A DNA stretch of 64,000 bases from Nitrospinales bacterium (GCA_965223795.1 CBDCXL010000002.1:896001-960000), one strand, 5' to 3'. Shown: positions 52,315-64,000, counted from the first letter of the stretch. Notes: generated by a model not told the origin, from the letters alone. Numbers and translations: made by a program.

Positions 52315-54354
52315 TCACCGGGGGCTGGCCGCGATGTTGCCGCCGTCGATGGTCAGGATGGAGCCGGTGGTCTTTTCCGCGAGCGCGAGGTCGAGGAAGC
52401 CCTGAGCCACATCGGTGTCGTAGACTTCCCGTTCGAGCAGGTTGTTCCTGAAATAATCGTCCGGAGACAGGCCGCGCGCGGCGGCGCGTTCCTGTATCAC
52501 CTGCTCGGTGAACAGGCCGGTGCGCACGCGGTCGGCGTTGACGGCGTTGGCGCGGATGCCTTCCTTGCCGTAATCGAGGGCGTACTGCTTGGTGAGCGCC
52601 ACGACGGCGGATTTGGGCAGGGCATACGGGCCGAAGTCCTTGCCGGGGTTGAACGCGGCTTTGGAGGCGTTGAACAGCAGCACGCCGCCGGTTCCCTGGG
52701 CGAGAAAAATTTTCACGGCGCGCGAAGCGAAGCTCTGGTGGGCGAAAAAATTGAGATCGAAACTGGCGCGCAGCTCCTGCGACGAAACGGAGCCGATCTT
52801 TCCCTGCACGGCGTTGCCCGCGTTGGAGATCAGGATGTCGAGTCCGCCGTAGGTACGGACCAGCGTCTCGAATGCGGACGACACGGCGCTTTCGTCGGTC
52901 ACGTCGCAGACCTTCACGGTCACGCTGGCGCCGGTGTCTTTGACGAGCGCTTCTTTCGCCTTGTCGAGCGCGCCGCTATCGCGGTCGATGAGGAACAGGT
53001 TGGCGCCGTGGCTGCCGAAAAGGCGGGCGGTGGCGAGGCCGATCCCCGACGCCGCGCCGGTGATGAGCGCGATGCGCCCCTGAAGGGGTTTGGGTTTGTT
53101 CCTGCCGAGCTTCGCCTGCTCGAGCGACCAGTACTCCATGTCGAACAGGTCACTGGCGTTGAGCGGCGTGTACTCGCCGACGCTGTAGGCTTTGTGGATG
53201 ATGTCGACGGTGTGCTGGTAGATGTCGGCGGCGATGCGGGTTTCTTTGGTGGTTTTGCCGATGGTGACGAGCCCGGCCCCGGCGACGAGCAGCACGCGCG
53301 GCAGCGGATCGAGTTCCTTTTTGTTCACGCCTTTTTCCTGCTGGCAGGTTTTAAAATAATCGCGGTAACCGGCGATGTACGCCTCCAGCGCCTGTTCGGT
53401 CGCGGCGCGCAGGTTTTCGGGATCGTCCGCATCGACTCGAAGCAGCATCGGCTTCTGCTTGGTGCGGATGACGTGATCGGGCGTCGCCGTCCCCACCTGC
53501 GACCAGCGTTCGCATTCTTTGCTCTCCGCAAACGCGCGCGCGGCGGCGTCCTCGCGGTGGTGCAGCACCCACGACGCGCCGCTCTTTTCCCGGTACAGCC
53601 CGCGCAGCACGGGCGCGAGCGCGGTGAGCGGGTCTTTGCCGTTGCTTGCGGGCGTGAGCGCTTTGGTCTTTTGGGCGGCGATGTACTGCTCCGCCTGGGT
53701 CACCGCCTCGATGTGGCGGTCGTAACTCTCCTTCGCGGTGCCGCCGAAGGTGAACAGGCCGTGGTTTTCCAGCAGCAGTCCCTTCACTTTTGGATTCGCT
53801 TCGTAGGCCTCGGCGGCGGCCTTGGCGAGCAGGAACCCCGGCATGATGTAGGGCACCCAGCCGATGGCGCCCTTGAAGATCGTTTCGCACAGGGCCTTCA
53901 CGTCGGGCTGGTTGGCGATCACGAGGATGGCGTCGGCGTGCGAATGATCGACGAATTTGTGCGGCAGAAAGGCGTGCAGCAGCGTTTCCACGGACGGGTT
54001 GGGCGAGGACGCGTCGAGCAGGTTGATGCGCTGCTCGTTCACCATGTCCTCGTCGCTCAGGCTGTCGAGCCCGCGCAGCTTGAGCAGCGGTTCCAGTTTC
54101 ACGCCCGGCAGCCCCGGCGGTTCCAGGGTGTCGAGGTCCCAGCCGCTGCCCTTGACGAACAGGGCCCGCAACGATTCGCCGACGCGGTTTTTGGTTTCGG
54201 ATTTCACGGAGGTGTTGCCGCCGCCGTGCAGCACCAGCGCCGGGTCCGCGCCGATCAGGCGCGAGGTGTAAACGCGCAGGGCGATGTCCTCGCCGTGGTC
54301 TTGATAGGTTTTGATCGCGGCCTGGGCGTCGCCGTCGTTCCATCGGTTTTTCAT
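52315..54354 (-). CDS. Bifunctional class II aldolase/short-chain dehydrogenase (RhaD/YuxG-like)
   Basis: LHGGGNTSVK, VKGSGWDL, PSVET.LH, TPDHVIRTK, EYWSLEQAKL, TGAASGIG, YxxxK; ATG at 54354. Confidence 0.9.
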   Translation of the reverse strand: MKNRWNDGDAQAAIKTYQDHGEDIALRVYTSRLIGADPALVLHGGGNTSVKSETKNRVGESLRALFVKGSGWDLDTLEPPGLPGVKLEPLLKLRGLDSLSDEDMVNEQRINLLDASSPNPSVETLLHAFLPHKFVDHSHADAILVIANQPDVKALCETIFKGAIGWVPYIMPGFLLAKAAAEAYEANPKVKGLLLENHGLFTFGGTAKESYDRHIEAVTQAEQYIAAQKTKALTPASNGKDPLTALAPVLRGLYREKSGASWVLHHREDAAARAFAESKECERWSQVGTATPDHVIRTKQKPMLLRVDADDPENLRAATEQALEAYIAGYRDYFKTCQQEKGVNKKELDPLPRVLLVAGAGLVTIGKTTKETRIAADIYQHTVDIIHKAYSVGEYTPLNASDLFDMEYWSLEQAKLGRNKPKPLQGRIALITGAASGIGLATARLFGSHGANLFLIDRDSGALDKAKEALVKDTGASVTVKVCDVTDESAVSSAFETLVRTYGGLDILISNAGNAVQGKIGSVSSQELRASFDLNFFAHQSFASRAVKIFLAQGTGGVLLFNASKAAFNPGKDFGPYALPKSAVVALTKQYALDYGKEGIRANAVNADRVRTGLFTEQVIQERAAARGLSPDDYFRNNLLEREVYDTDVAQGFLDLALAEKTTGSILTIDGGNIAASPR

Positions 54355-54364
54355 GATCGCTCTT

Positions 54365-55909
54365 TCATTCCTTTTTCGGTGAACAGGCTCGGAACATTGT
54401 AACCCCGCACACCCACGCGGACAACAGCAGCAACGCCGCGGGCAGGAAAGTGACGTGCGCCGGGTAGCCGAACAGGTGCATATAATACCACCAGAAATTG
54501 GGCGCGTTGAGGGCGAGCCCCTTCTCCAGCACCTCACGGTTGTCCGCGCCGAGAAAACGGATGCGCTCCTGCGCCAGCGCCACCCGCTCGCGCATCGCCG
54601 CCTCATCGTTGAGTCCGTCCAGCACCGCCGCCACCTGGCGCATCTGATTGAACGCGGGCGAATGCAGCGGCGAGATCACCAGCAGGCGCTCGGCCTGATC
54701 GGGAAAACGCTCGCGCAAATCATAATAATAACGGGAGGGGCTGACGACCAGAGCCGGGATCTGCACGACGATGCCGAGCGCGACGGCGGCGGCGACCCAG
54801 CGCCTGAGATCGGGGGAATTTTTCTGCAGAAGAAAGCCAACGGGAAGGATTAAAAATGGCAGCGTGACCGCCATCAGCCGCGGCCCCCAGCCCATGCCGC
54901 CGTACCAGCTGTGCCAGAAGGAAAACAGCATGAGGTGCGCGGCGGCGATCCAGCCGAACAGCAGCGCCATGTGCGGGCGCGTTCTGAAAAACAACGGCAG
55001 GGCCAGGCAGCCGAACAGCAGGACGGGATTGTAGAGGAACACCGATTTCCCCGGAGAAAACAGAATCCCGAAAAAGCCGGAGAAAACATCCGGCCGGAAG
55101 CCGGATTCATAACCGGTCTCGAAAGGATGGCCGAAGCGCGCCCGGTTGTAGATCAGGATGCCGGCGAGAAAAACAGCCACGGGAACGGCGAGCGCCGCCG
55201 TGTCGCGCAGCAGCGAGCGCCGCGTTTTTTTGTCCGTGCTTTCACAGCGGGCGAGCAGGTAGAGGAAGAACCCCGGCAGCGCCACCAGTGCGGCGAGGCG
55301 CGTCGTCGCGGCGCAGCCGAGAAAGACACCCGCCAGGATGCGGCTGCGCGGAATACCCAGCGTGTGTTCTCCGGTCAGGCAATACGCCGCGGCCAGCAGC
55401 AGGCCGGTGGTGGCGGGCTCGCTCATGAAATCCTCGGAGTAATACCAGGCGATGCTGGACAGGCCGTAGGCCAGCGCGAGGACGTTCGCCACGCCGCGGG
55501 TGAAGCCGAACCGGTGCGTCGCGAAGCGGTGCAGCAGCGCGCAATTCAAGGCGGTCACGAAGGCGTTGACCATGCCGACGCAAAACAGCGTCGCCTGGTC
55601 TTTGGGAACGCCGCTGAGTGAGGCCAGGAATTTTCCGATGATGTAGAACGGCACCGCAAGCAGGCTCATGCCGACGCCGTACTTGGAAAATTTTTCGCCT
55701 TCCGGGTCCGCCGCCGCGACGCGCTCGCTGTGCGCCAGCGAGCCGCGCTCCACAATGCTTTGCGTCAGCAGGTACATGATCTTGCCGTCGGCGGACTGGA
55801 TGGACCCCTGTGAAGTGAACGCGTACACGGAAAAAAAGAAACAGAACACGATGACGCCGGGTTTCACGGCAGAAAGCGGAAAAATTCTGAACAGTCCGGA
55901 AGGGCGCAT
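54365..55909 (-). CDS. Polytopic membrane protein, GT-C glycosyltransferase-like
   Basis: Many TM helices; acidic residue in the first loop (SADG), SKYG.G.S, FSPGKS.F.Y.P, W.GG..WGPR motifs. Confidence 0.7.
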   Translation of the reverse strand: MRPSGLFRIFPLSAVKPGVIVFCFFFSVYAFTSQGSIQSADGKIMYLLTQSIVERGSLAHSERVAAADPEGEKFSKYGVGMSLLAVPFYIIGKFLASLSGVPKDQATLFCVGMVNAFVTALNCALLHRFATHRFGFTRGVANVLALAYGLSSIAWYYSEDFMSEPATTGLLLAAAYCLTGEHTLGIPRSRILAGVFLGCAATTRLAALVALPGFFLYLLARCESTDKKTRRSLLRDTAALAVPVAVFLAGILIYNRARFGHPFETGYESGFRPDVFSGFFGILFSPGKSVFLYNPVLLFGCLALPLFFRTRPHMALLFGWIAAAHLMLFSFWHSWYGGMGWGPRLMAVTLPFLILPVGFLLQKNSPDLRRWVAAAVALGIVVQIPALVVSPSRYYYDLRERFPDQAERLLVISPLHSPAFNQMRQVAAVLDGLNDEAAMRERVALAQERIRFLGADNREVLEKGLALNAPNFWWYYMHLFGYPAHVTFLPAALLLLSAWVCGVTMFRACSPKKE

Positions 55910-56062
55910 GGAGCCGCACTCGCGTGGTTTGCGGGGTCACAGGTTTTCGGGCAGGCTGTATCATACCGCCCCGCCGCGGGCAAAGCCAGCGCGGCCGCGC
56001 GCCGCGTGCGCGTTCAATTGGTTGGCGACTTTTCGCGGGTTCTGTGATACCCTTCATCCGCA

Positions 56063-56311
56063 ATGCTGGCCAAAATTCAAGTGACATACAAAGAGGGCGT
56101 GCTGGACCCCCAGGGGAAGGCGGTGCACCATGCTCTCACCGATCTGGGTTACGACGAGGTGACCCAGGTGAACGTGGGCAAGTACATGGAAATCCGGATG
56201 CAGGACTGCTCCGAGCAGGAAGCGGAGGCGCGGGTCCGGGAAATGTGCGAAAAGCTGTTGGCCAACACGGTGATCGAATCCTACCGCATCACCCTCTCCC
56301 CCAACGAGTGA
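56063..56311 (+). CDS. purS: Phosphoribosylformylglycinamidine synthase subunit PurS
   Basis: VLDPQGKAV, GK, LLANTVIE.Y. Confidence 0.95.
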   Translation: MLAKIQVTYKEGVLDPQGKAVHHALTDLGYDEVTQVNVGKYMEIRMQDCSEQEAEARVREMCEKLLANTVIESYRITLSPNE

Positions 56312-56332
56312 AACCACCCCTTTGGGATCGTC

Positions 56333-57022
56333 ATGAAGTGCGGAATCGTCGTGTTTCCCGGGTCGAACTGCGATCACGACTGCTACCACATTTTAAAACA
56401 TGTGTTTGAACTCCAGACGGAGTGGATCTGGCACAAGGATGCGGGCGACCTTGCAGGCTACGATTTCATCGTGCTGCCGGGCGGGTTTTCCTACGGCGAC
56501 TACCTGCGCGCCGGCGCCATCGCCAAGTTTTCGCCGGTGATGAAATCGGTGGTCCGCTACGCCAATGCCGGCGGCCGCGTGCTGGGCATCTGCAACGGGT
56601 TTCAGATCCTGGTCGAATCGGGCCTGCTGCCGGGGGCGCTCTTGCCGAACCGCTCGCAGAAATTCATCTGCACCTACGTGCACACGCGCGTCGAATCCAC
56701 CGACACGCCGTTCACCCGCGCCTGCGCCGACAAGCCGGTGCTCAGGATTCCCATCGCGCATCACGACGGCGGCTACTTCGCCCCCCAGGACGAACTCATG
56801 CGCATGCAGGACAACGGCCAGATCGTGCTGCGCTACTGTGACGCCAAAGGCGGCGTGTCCGACGCCAGCAACCCGAACGGATCGGCGGACCACATCGCCG
56901 CCGTCGCCAATAAGAATAAAAACGTCCTCGGCATGATGCCGCACCCGGAGCGCTGCGCCGATCCGCTGTGGCCGGACGTGGACGGACAATTGATCTTCCA
57001 ATCCCTCATCGCATCGGGTTGA
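56333..57022 (+). CDS. purQ: Phosphoribosylformylglycinamidine synthase subunit PurQ
   Basis: [32 protein letters not shown]. Confidence 0.97.
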   Translation: MKCGIVVFPGSNCDHDCYHILKHVFELQTEWIWHKDAGDLAGYDFIVLPGGFSYGDYLRAGAIAKFSPVMKSVVRYANAGGRVLGICNGFQILVESGLLPGALLPNRSQKFICTYVHTRVESTDTPFTRACADKPVLRIPIAHHDGGYFAPQDELMRMQDNGQIVLRYCDAKGGVSDASNPNGSADHIAAVANKNKNVLGMMPHPERCADPLWPDVDGQLIFQSLIASG

Positions 57023-57024
57023 CC

Positions 57025-59280
57025 GTGGCCGCTTCCTCCTCCGCCAAACTTCCCGCAGTCACTCTGGATGTCGTGCGCGAGCACGGCATCACGCCGCAGG
57101 AGTTTCAGCGCATCGTCGATCTGTTGGGACGGCATCCCAATTTCACGGAACTGGGCATTTTCTCGGTGATGTGGAGCGAGCATTGCAGCTATAAAAGCTC
57201 GCGCCCGCATCTCAAAACCCTGCCGACCGAAGGACCGCGCGTGATAGAAGGGCCGGGCGAAAACGCCGGCGTGGTGGACATCGGCGGCGGCTGGGCGGTG
57301 TCGTTCAAGATCGAAAGCCACAACCATCCCTCGTTCATCGAGCCGCACCAGGGCGCGGCGACGGGTGTGGGCGGCATCCTGCGCGACATCTTCACGATGG
57401 GCGCGCGGCCGGTGGCGCTGCTCAATTCGCTGCGCTTCGGCGAGCTGTCCGATCCGCGCACGCGCTTTCTGCTCAACGGCGTGGTCGAGGGCATCGCCGA
57501 TTACGGCAATTGCACCGGCGTGCCGACGGTGGGCGGAGAGATCTATTTCGACGCCTGCTACAACGGCAACATCCTGGTCAACGCGTTCTGCCTCGGGCTG
57601 GTGAAAGCGGACAAGGTGTTCCGCGCCGCGGCGGGGGGCGTGGGCAACGCGGTGATCTACGTCGGCTCGAAAACCGGCCGCGACGGCATCCACGGCGCCA
57701 GCCTGCTGGCTTCGGCGGAGTTCGACGACACGACCGAGGAAAAACGCCCGACGGTGCAGGTGGGCGACCCGTTCACGGAAAAGCTGCTCATCGAAGCCAG
57801 CCTGGAACTGATGAAAAAGGACTGGGTGGTGGGCGTGCAGGACATGGGCGCGGCCGGGCTCACGTCCTCTTCGTTCGAGATGGCGGGACGGGCGAAAACG
57901 GGCATCGAGCTCGACCTGTCCCAGGTGCCGCTCAGGGAAACCGGCATGACGGCGTACGAGATCCTGCTGTCCGAATCGCAGGAACGCATGCTGTTCGTGG
58001 TGGAGCGGGGCCACGAAGAAGAGACGCTGACCATCCTCGACAAGTGGGATCTCGACGGCGCGGTGATCGGCCGGGTGACCGAAGATCCGCTGGTGCGCAT
58101 CGAGTACGAAGGCGAGGAAGTGGTGCGGCTGCCGGTGCCGCCGGTGGTGGACGGGGCGCTGGATGTGAAGCGCCCGACGCGGAAACCGCAATACCTGAGC
58201 GAGGTGGACCACGTGGATCTCACCGGGATTGCCGATCCCAGGCAAGGCGGCGAGTGGCTGAAACAACTGCTGGCTTCGCCCAATATCGCGAGCCGCGAGT
58301 GGGTGTACCGGCAATACGACCATATGGTGCGTCTCAACACGCTGGTTTTGCCGGGTTCCGATGCGGCGGTGCTCCGGGTGCCGGAAACCGCAAAGGCGCT
58401 GGCGCTGGCGGTGGACTGCAACAGCCGCTACTGTTATCTGGACCCCTTTCTGGGCGCGCAGATCGCCGTGGCCGAGTGCGCGCGCAATGTGGTCTGCTCG
58501 GGCGGGGAGCCGATCGGGCTCACCAACTGCCTCAATTTCGGCAACCCGGAAAAACCAGAGATCATGTGGCAGTTCGAGCAGGCGGTGCGCGGTCTCGGCG
58601 AGGCCTGCCGCTATTTCGATATTCCTGTGGTCAGCGGCAATGTCAGTCTTTATAATGAAACTAAAGGCGTTTCCATCTATCCGACCCCCACGGTGGCGGT
58701 GGTGGGCCTGCTGGAAAACCGGGCCGATCATTGCACGCAATGGTTCAAAAAACCGGGCGATGGGATCGGGCTGCTGGGCCTGACGCTCGAAGAGATCGGC
58801 GGCAGCGAGTATCTCAAGCTGACCGGCGGCGGCTGCCGCGGTCGGGCGCCGCAGCTCGACAAAAAGCTGGAAAAAGCGGTCCAGGCCCTGTGCCTGCATC
58901 TGATCCGAACCGGGTTGCTTCATTCGGCGCACGACTGCGCCGAAGGCGGGCTGGGCGTCGCGGCGGCGGAATCCTGCTTCACCGGGCCGGACGCGCCCCT
59001 GGGAGCGGCGCTTGAGCTGGAATCGACGATCCGCAAGGACGCGCTGCTGTTCGGGGAATCGCAGTCGCGGATCCTCATTTCCTATCCCAAGACCGCCGAA
59101 GCACAGATCGTGAAGCAAGCGGCCGAACGGGACGTGCCCTTCACCCGCATCGGCGAAGTGGGAGGCGGCGACCTGACGGTTCACATCAACGGGGACGAAT
59201 TCATCCGCGAAGACGTTCACGCTCTCAAAACCCTGTGGCAAGACGTTCTGGAGGATTATGCTGCTCGACAAGCTCCATGA
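57025..59280 (+). CDS. purL: Phosphoribosylformylglycinamidine synthase subunit PurL
   Basis: [43 protein letters not shown] start inferred. Confidence 0.97.
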   Translation: MAASSSAKLPAVTLDVVREHGITPQEFQRIVDLLGRHPNFTELGIFSVMWSEHCSYKSSRPHLKTLPTEGPRVIEGPGENAGVVDIGGGWAVSFKIESHNHPSFIEPHQGAATGVGGILRDIFTMGARPVALLNSLRFGELSDPRTRFLLNGVVEGIADYGNCTGVPTVGGEIYFDACYNGNILVNAFCLGLVKADKVFRAAAGGVGNAVIYVGSKTGRDGIHGASLLASAEFDDTTEEKRPTVQVGDPFTEKLLIEASLELMKKDWVVGVQDMGAAGLTSSSFEMAGRAKTGIELDLSQVPLRETGMTAYEILLSESQERMLFVVERGHEEETLTILDKWDLDGAVIGRVTEDPLVRIEYEGEEVVRLPVPPVVDGALDVKRPTRKPQYLSEVDHVDLTGIADPRQGGEWLKQLLASPNIASREWVYRQYDHMVRLNTLVLPGSDAAVLRVPETAKALALAVDCNSRYCYLDPFLGAQIAVAECARNVVCSGGEPIGLTNCLNFGNPEKPEIMWQFEQAVRGLGEACRYFDIPVVSGNVSLYNETKGVSIYPTPTVAVVGLLENRADHCTQWFKKPGDGIGLLGLTLEEIGGSEYLKLTGGGCRGRAPQLDKKLEKAVQALCLHLIRTGLLHSAHDCAEGGLGVAAAESCFTGPDAPLGAALELESTIRKDALLFGESQSRILISYPKTAEAQIVKQAAERDVPFTRIGEVGGGDLTVHINGDEFIREDVHALKTLWQDVLEDYAARQAP

Positions 59281-60676
59281 GGAATGCGGCGTGGTGGGCG
59301 TTTACGGCCATCCGGAAGCGGCGAACCTGGTGTACCTGGGTCTCTACGCGCTGCAGCACCGCGGCCAGGAGAGCGCGGGCATCGTGTCCAGCAACGACGG
59401 CAAGCTGCATCTGGAACTCGGCATGGGGCTGGTGGCGGACATCTTCCACAGCGACCGGATGAAAAAGCTGCCGGGCCGCATGGCGATGGGCCACAACCGC
59501 TACTCCACGGCGGGCGACAGCGCTCTTTCAAACGCGCAGCCCTGCCTCACCAATTATTCGGAAGGATCGCTGGCGCTTGGGCACAACGGCAACCTGGTCA
59601 ACGCCCAGTCGATCCGCCAGGCGCTGGGAGAGTCCGGCTCCATTTTCCAATCGACCAACGACAGCGAAGTGATCGTGCACCTGATGGCGCAGGCCAAGGA
59701 AACGAGCTTCGTGGACCGCGCCGCGTCGGCGCTCAAGCAGGTGCAGGGCGCGTATTCCCTGCTTTTGATGACGGAAACCGAAATGATCGCCGCGCGCGAT
59801 CCGCAGGGGTTCCGGCCGCTCTGTCTGGGCAAGCTCGACAACGCCTACGTGGTGGCGTCGGAATCCTGCGTGCTGGACCTGATCGAAGGGGAATACCTGC
59901 GCGAGATCGAACCCGGCGAGCTGCTTCTGATCAACGAGAAGGGGCTGCAGTCGTTTTTCCCGTTTCAGAAAACCGCGAAAAGACAGTGCGTGTTCGAGCA
60001 CATTTATTTTTCGCGGCCGGACAGCTATCTGTTCAACGAGCACGTGTACGGCGTGCGCAAGGCGATGGGCCGGGCGCTGGCCGAGGAATCGCCGGTTGCC
60101 GCGGACCTGGTGGTGCCGGTGCCGGATTCGGGTGTGCTGTCGGCGATGGGGTATTCCGAGCGCTCGGACATCCCGTATGAGATGGGGCTGATCCGCAACC
60201 ACTACGTCGGGCGCACGTTCATCGAGCCCAAGTCGCAGATCCGGCATTTCGGCGTGAAGGTGAAACTGAACGCGGTGCGGGAAGTGATCGAAGGCAAGCG
60301 CCTGGTGATCATCGACGATTCCATCGTGCGCGGCACGACGAGCCGCAAAATCGTCAAGATGCTGCGCGACGCGGGCGCGAAAGAAGTGCACGTGCGCATC
60401 AGCTCGCCGCCGATCCTGTTTCCCTGCTTTTATGGAATCGACACACCCACCAAAATGGAACTGATCGCCTCCACCCATTCGCTGGAAGAGACCCGCGAGT
60501 ATTTACAGGCCGACTCGCTGCAATACCTGAGCATCCCCAAAATGCTCAGCGTGTTCAAGGAGCAAAGCGGCGATTACTGCACCGCCTGTTTCGACGGCAA
60601 CTACCCGGTGCAGACAACGGAAATGGTCCCGGACATCAACCAGCTCAGCCTGTTCGGCGAAGAGCGATCCTCCTGA
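59258..60676 (+). CDS. purF: Amidophosphoribosyltransferase (propeptide, Fe-S type)
   Basis: HEE-CG after a short propeptide, [15 protein letters not shown], Cys in CVFE, PCFYG, CTAC. Confidence 0.97.
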   Translation: MLLDKLHEECGVVGVYGHPEAANLVYLGLYALQHRGQESAGIVSSNDGKLHLELGMGLVADIFHSDRMKKLPGRMAMGHNRYSTAGDSALSNAQPCLTNYSEGSLALGHNGNLVNAQSIRQALGESGSIFQSTNDSEVIVHLMAQAKETSFVDRAASALKQVQGAYSLLLMTETEMIAARDPQGFRPLCLGKLDNAYVVASESCVLDLIEGEYLREIEPGELLLINEKGLQSFFPFQKTAKRQCVFEHIYFSRPDSYLFNEHVYGVRKAMGRALAEESPVAADLVVPVPDSGVLSAMGYSERSDIPYEMGLIRNHYVGRTFIEPKSQIRHFGVKVKLNAVREVIEGKRLVIIDDSIVRGTTSRKIVKMLRDAGAKEVHVRISSPPILFPCFYGIDTPTKMELIASTHSLEETREYLQADSLQYLSIPKMLSVFKEQSGDYCTACFDGNYPVQTTEMVPDINQLSLFGEERSS

Positions 60677-60682
60677 TCCCAT

Positions 60683-63442
60683 TTATTCCGCCGCGGGCGC
60701 CGGGACAGCCGGCTCTTCCTGCAAGGCGGATTCCAGTATCTCCCCCAACGCCTGAAGATCCTTTTTGTAATCGGTCATCGAGCGGTCGAGTTCTTTCTGC
60801 GAGGCCACGATGCGGTCGAAGTATTTTTTGATGCGGGCGTAATCCGAAGGGTCCAGCTTCACGCTCTGCATAGCCGCGTCGGCCGCGGCATCCGCTTCGG
60901 ACCGCGCTTCCGCGACAGTGGGCGGCGCCGGTTCGAAGCCGGGCGTGCCCACGAGGCCGCCGAATATCTTCTCCAGCGCTTCGTCGAGCGTGCGCTCCAT
61001 GGCGATGTTGTCCTCGTAGCCGACGATGACGCGTTTGAGCTCTGGGATCTTGCCCGCGTCGGCCTTGAGGTACAGCGGGCGCACGTAGATCAGCGATTCC
61101 TGGATGGGGATGACGAGCAGGGTGCCCTGGATGACGCTGGAGCCGCGCTGGTCCCACAGCGAAATCTGGCGCGAGATCTCCGCGTCCTGGTTGATGCGGG
61201 CGACGATCTGGCTGGGCCCGTAGATCAGCTTCTGCTTGGGAAAGTTGTACACCACCAGCTTGCCGTACTGTTCGCCGTCGCTGCGCGCCACCATCCAGGC
61301 GGACAGGTTGCTCTTGCCGCGCGGCGTGAACGGCAGCATGAGAATGTATTCCTCCTTCTCCTTGGAAGGCAGCTTCATGATGGTGTAGTAAGGCTGCATG
61401 CGCCTGCCGTCGATCTCGGGAATCTCCCACTGGTCCTCTTTGTTGTAAAACACCTGCGGGGTCTTCATGTGGTAGGTGGCGTAAATGAAGGTCTGGATGG
61501 TGAACAGATCCGAGGGATAGCGGATGTGACTCCTGAGATCCTCGGGCATTTCCGCGAGGTCCTTGAACAGTTCCGGAAAGATGCTGCGATAGGTCAGGAT
61601 GATCGGATCTTCCAGATCGGAAATGTAAAAATTCATGGTGCCGTCGTAGGCGTCGACGACGACCTTGACGGAGTTGCGCACGTAGTTCCCCAGCGAAATC
61701 ATCTGCGAGTAGGGGAAACGGTTGCTCACGGTGTAGGTGTCGTACATCCAGAACAGCCTTCCTTCGGACACCACGAGATAGGGATCCTGGTCGAGCATGA
61801 GAAACGGCGCCACGCGGGCGACGCGGTCGGAGATGTTGCGGTACATCAGGACGCGGCTGTCGTTTCGGATGTCCTGGGAGAACAGGATCTTGAGCGTCTT
61901 GAAGCGCGCCGCCAGCAGGGCCTTGCGGATGAACGAGCCGACGGCGAACCCGCCGCTGCCTTCGTAGTTTTTGTAGACGTTTTTCTCACCCTGGGGATAG
62001 TCGAACTCTTCGGTGTCGGTGTTCACGAACACGTGGTCGTTGGACAGCTCGCCGAAATAGATCTCCGGCCGCTCCACCTTGAGATCGACGCTGGAGCGCG
62101 GCGGGATGTCCTTGATGAACAGGACGGGCAGTCCTTCGGGCGTCACTTCGTTCACGGGAATCAGCGAGACGCCGTATCCGTGCGTGAAGGTGAGGTGCTC
62201 GTTGATCCAGGTGCGGTTGGGCAGGCTGGAGGAGAGCAGCTCACGCGGCGACAACAGCGTCTGCCGGTAGTTGCCGTCGATCAGATAGCGGTCGTTGTCC
62301 ACAGAATTGAACTGGTAATACGTGCGGATCTCCTGGATCTGCCCGAGGGTGTCGAGCAGCGGCGCCTGGTCCCACAGCCGGATGTTATCGATGGTGGCGG
62401 CGTTGGCCTGGATGCTTTCGGTGGTGAGCGCTTCGGAACCGGCGAGGACGTTGGTCTCGGTCTCGTCCAGCCCGAAGGCGCGCAGCGTTCCCGCGATGGT
62501 GTGCTCGATGTACGGGGTCTCCTTGATCAGCTCGTTGGGATCGACGACGAATTTCTGCAGCAGGTTGGGATAAAAGTTCCCGGCCACGTAGAACACGCCC
62601 ACGGCACCGGCGGCGAACATCACTTTTTTGAATCCGGGAGAAATGACGCCGAAAAAGCTGACGGCGGCTCCGATCAGGGAGAACAGGATCAGCATGTACA
62701 GGATGGGAAGCCGGCCGTTGTCGTCGGAGTAGCTGATGCCGGCGACGACGGCATTGCCCTGCGTCAGCAGGGCGTAACGGTCGAAATAAAATTCCCCGGC
62801 CAACAGCAGAAACGCGAAGCCGGCCAGCATCAACAGGGTGCGGCGCGCTTCGGGAAGCACCTGGACGCCGGTCGGGCTCACGTAAACGAACTGCTTGAAG
62901 AAAAAGATCATGCCGATGCCGATCGCGGAGATGATGAGCGCCGCCCACAGAAAGGATTTGACCAGCATCCACAGCGGCAGCGAAAACAGGTAAAAGGAAT
63001 AATCCATTCCGAAAATCGGATCGCTGCTGCCGAATTCCACAGCGTTGAGGAATTTGAGCGGCACGTCCCATTGATCGGTCATGATGAGCCCGACCATCAC
63101 GGAAATCACAATCGGCGCGAAAAACGTGAGCGGCTTGAGATTGGAGGCCAACAGATCGAGCAGCGGGATTTCCCGGCGTGCCGCGTCGGAAAGCAGGACG
63201 GGCAGGTGGGAGGTCTTGTTGAACGCATAGCGGATGGCGCCGAAGGTGAGCAGGAAAAAAGAAACGCCCACCAGCAGTCCAAAACCAAGCTGCGAACCGA
63301 GCACGGTCCAGAGGACCGACTGGAAGCCGAGATTTTCGAACCACAACAGATCAATATAAAACCCCAGGATCTTTTCGGCGAACATGGAGCCGACGATCAC
63401 GATCGCCGCGAGGATGAACAGCCATTTTCGTTTCAGATTCAT
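60683..63442 (-). CDS. UPF0182 family membrane protein
   Basis: DLLWF..LGF, DPIFG.D..FY.F.LP, NIRLWD, DNDRY, W.N.H..FTHGYG, D.DPY, NYVRNSVK. Confidence 0.92.
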   Translation of the reverse strand: MNLKRKWLFILAAIVIVGSMFAEKILGFYIDLLWFENLGFQSVLWTVLGSQLGFGLLVGVSFFLLTFGAIRYAFNKTSHLPVLLSDAARREIPLLDLLASNLKPLTFFAPIVISVMVGLIMTDQWDVPLKFLNAVEFGSSDPIFGMDYSFYLFSLPLWMLVKSFLWAALIISAIGIGMIFFFKQFVYVSPTGVQVLPEARRTLLMLAGFAFLLLAGEFYFDRYALLTQGNAVVAGISYSDDNGRLPILYMLILFSLIGAAVSFFGVISPGFKKVMFAAGAVGVFYVAGNFYPNLLQKFVVDPNELIKETPYIEHTIAGTLRAFGLDETETNVLAGSEALTTESIQANAATIDNIRLWDQAPLLDTLGQIQEIRTYYQFNSVDNDRYLIDGNYRQTLLSPRELLSSSLPNRTWINEHLTFTHGYGVSLIPVNEVTPEGLPVLFIKDIPPRSSVDLKVERPEIYFGELSNDHVFVNTDTEEFDYPQGEKNVYKNYEGSGGFAVGSFIRKALLAARFKTLKILFSQDIRNDSRVLMYRNISDRVARVAPFLMLDQDPYLVVSEGRLFWMYDTYTVSNRFPYSQMISLGNYVRNSVKVVVDAYDGTMNFYISDLEDPIILTYRSIFPELFKDLAEMPEDLRSHIRYPSDLFTIQTFIYATYHMKTPQVFYNKEDQWEIPEIDGRRMQPYYTIMKLPSKEKEEYILMLPFTPRGKSNLSAWMVARSDGEQYGKLVVYNFPKQKLIYGPSQIVARINQDAEISRQISLWDQRGSSVIQGTLLVIPIQESLIYVRPLYLKADAGKIPELKRVIVGYEDNIAMERTLDEALEKIFGGLVGTPGFEPAPPTVAEARSEADAAADAAMQSVKLDPSDYARIKKYFDRIVASQKELDRSMTDYKKDLQALGEILESALQEEPAVPAPAAE

Positions 63443-63455
63443 CGCTTGGTTTCCG

Positions 63456-63998
63456 TCATTCTTTCCATTTTATGGAGCAGCCCATCGAAGGGGTCTGCTC
63501 GTTGGACAACGCCTTTCCCGCAATCAGATTGTCGATCGCTTCTTTGAGGTCCCGGCGCGTCACCTTGCCGGGCTCTTTCCAGTTGTCGTCGATGCGCCCG
63601 CGGTATTTCAGGGTGCGCTCGGGATCGTACACGTAGATGTCCGGCGTGCACACCGCGCCGTAGCGGCGCGCGACGTCCTGGCTTGCGTCGATCAGATAGG
63701 GAAAAGGTATGTTTTTCTCCCGCACCAGCGCCTGCATGCTTTCCGGGGAATCGTCGGGATAGCGCGACGCGTCGTTGGGATTGATGCCCACCAGCTGCAC
63801 GCCCTGGTCGCGCATTTCGTTCTGCAGCGCGATCAGGCGGTCGAGCACGGCTTTCACATACGGGCAGTGGTTGCACATGAACACGATCACCAGCACGGGT
63901 TTGTCGTTGAAATCGGCAAGGCGGTGGGTGTTTCCGTCGGCGCCGGGAAGCGAAAAATCGTGCGCCGGGGTTCCCAGGGGAACCATCGTGGAATGCAT
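63456..63998 (-). CDS. Thioredoxin-like (AhpC/TSA redoxin) protein
   Basis: FMCNHCPYV, YPDDS, A.CTPD, YRGRIDD, SMGCSIKW; true start may lie a few codons beyond the window edge. Confidence 0.88.
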   Translation of the reverse strand: MHSTMVPLGTPAHDFSLPGADGNTHRLADFNDKPVLVIVFMCNHCPYVKAVLDRLIALQNEMRDQGVQLVGINPNDASRYPDDSPESMQALVREKNIPFPYLIDASQDVARRYGAVCTPDIYVYDPERTLKYRGRIDDNWKEPGKVTRRDLKEAIDNLIAGKALSNEQTPSMGCSIKWKE

Positions 63999-64000
63999 GA

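Overview
GC-rich bacterial chromosomal window, mostly housekeeping. The gene repertoire is reminiscent of a Nitrospina-like nitrite oxidiser, but this is an impression and was not tested. Core content: tRNA-Glu and tRNA-Lys, ilvE, an ntrB-ntrC-like pair, gnd-zwf-pgl, pstSCAB, class II ribonucleotide reductase nrdJ with tandem NrdR boxes, guaB-guaA, purS-purQ-purL-purF and a UPF0182 protein. No integrase, transposase, prophage or CRISPR array was seen. The most unusual items are: (1) an in-frame fusion of the tRNA dimethylallyltransferase MiaA to a TPR/soluble lytic transglycosylase through an internal signal-peptide-like segment; (2) a tandemly duplicated cassette of two tiny membrane proteins (A-B-A'-B') divergent from an NhaR-like LysR regulator; (3) a one-gene AT-rich islet encoding a RES-domain protein, bracketed by a 10-bp direct repeat that includes the guaA 3' end; (4) an active plus catalytically degenerate M14 peptidase pair behind ntrC; (5) a candidate structured RNA leader upstream of a tetraheme cytochrome c; (6) a J-domain/Sel1-repeat translationally coupled pair; (7) an ArsM-like methyltransferase behind an ECF sigma/anti-sigma pair; (8) a 128-bp MITE-like element with a nested REP-like palindrome; (9) a (TA)7 tract in the putative pstS promoter. 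All calls come from reading motifs by eye; no searches were run.
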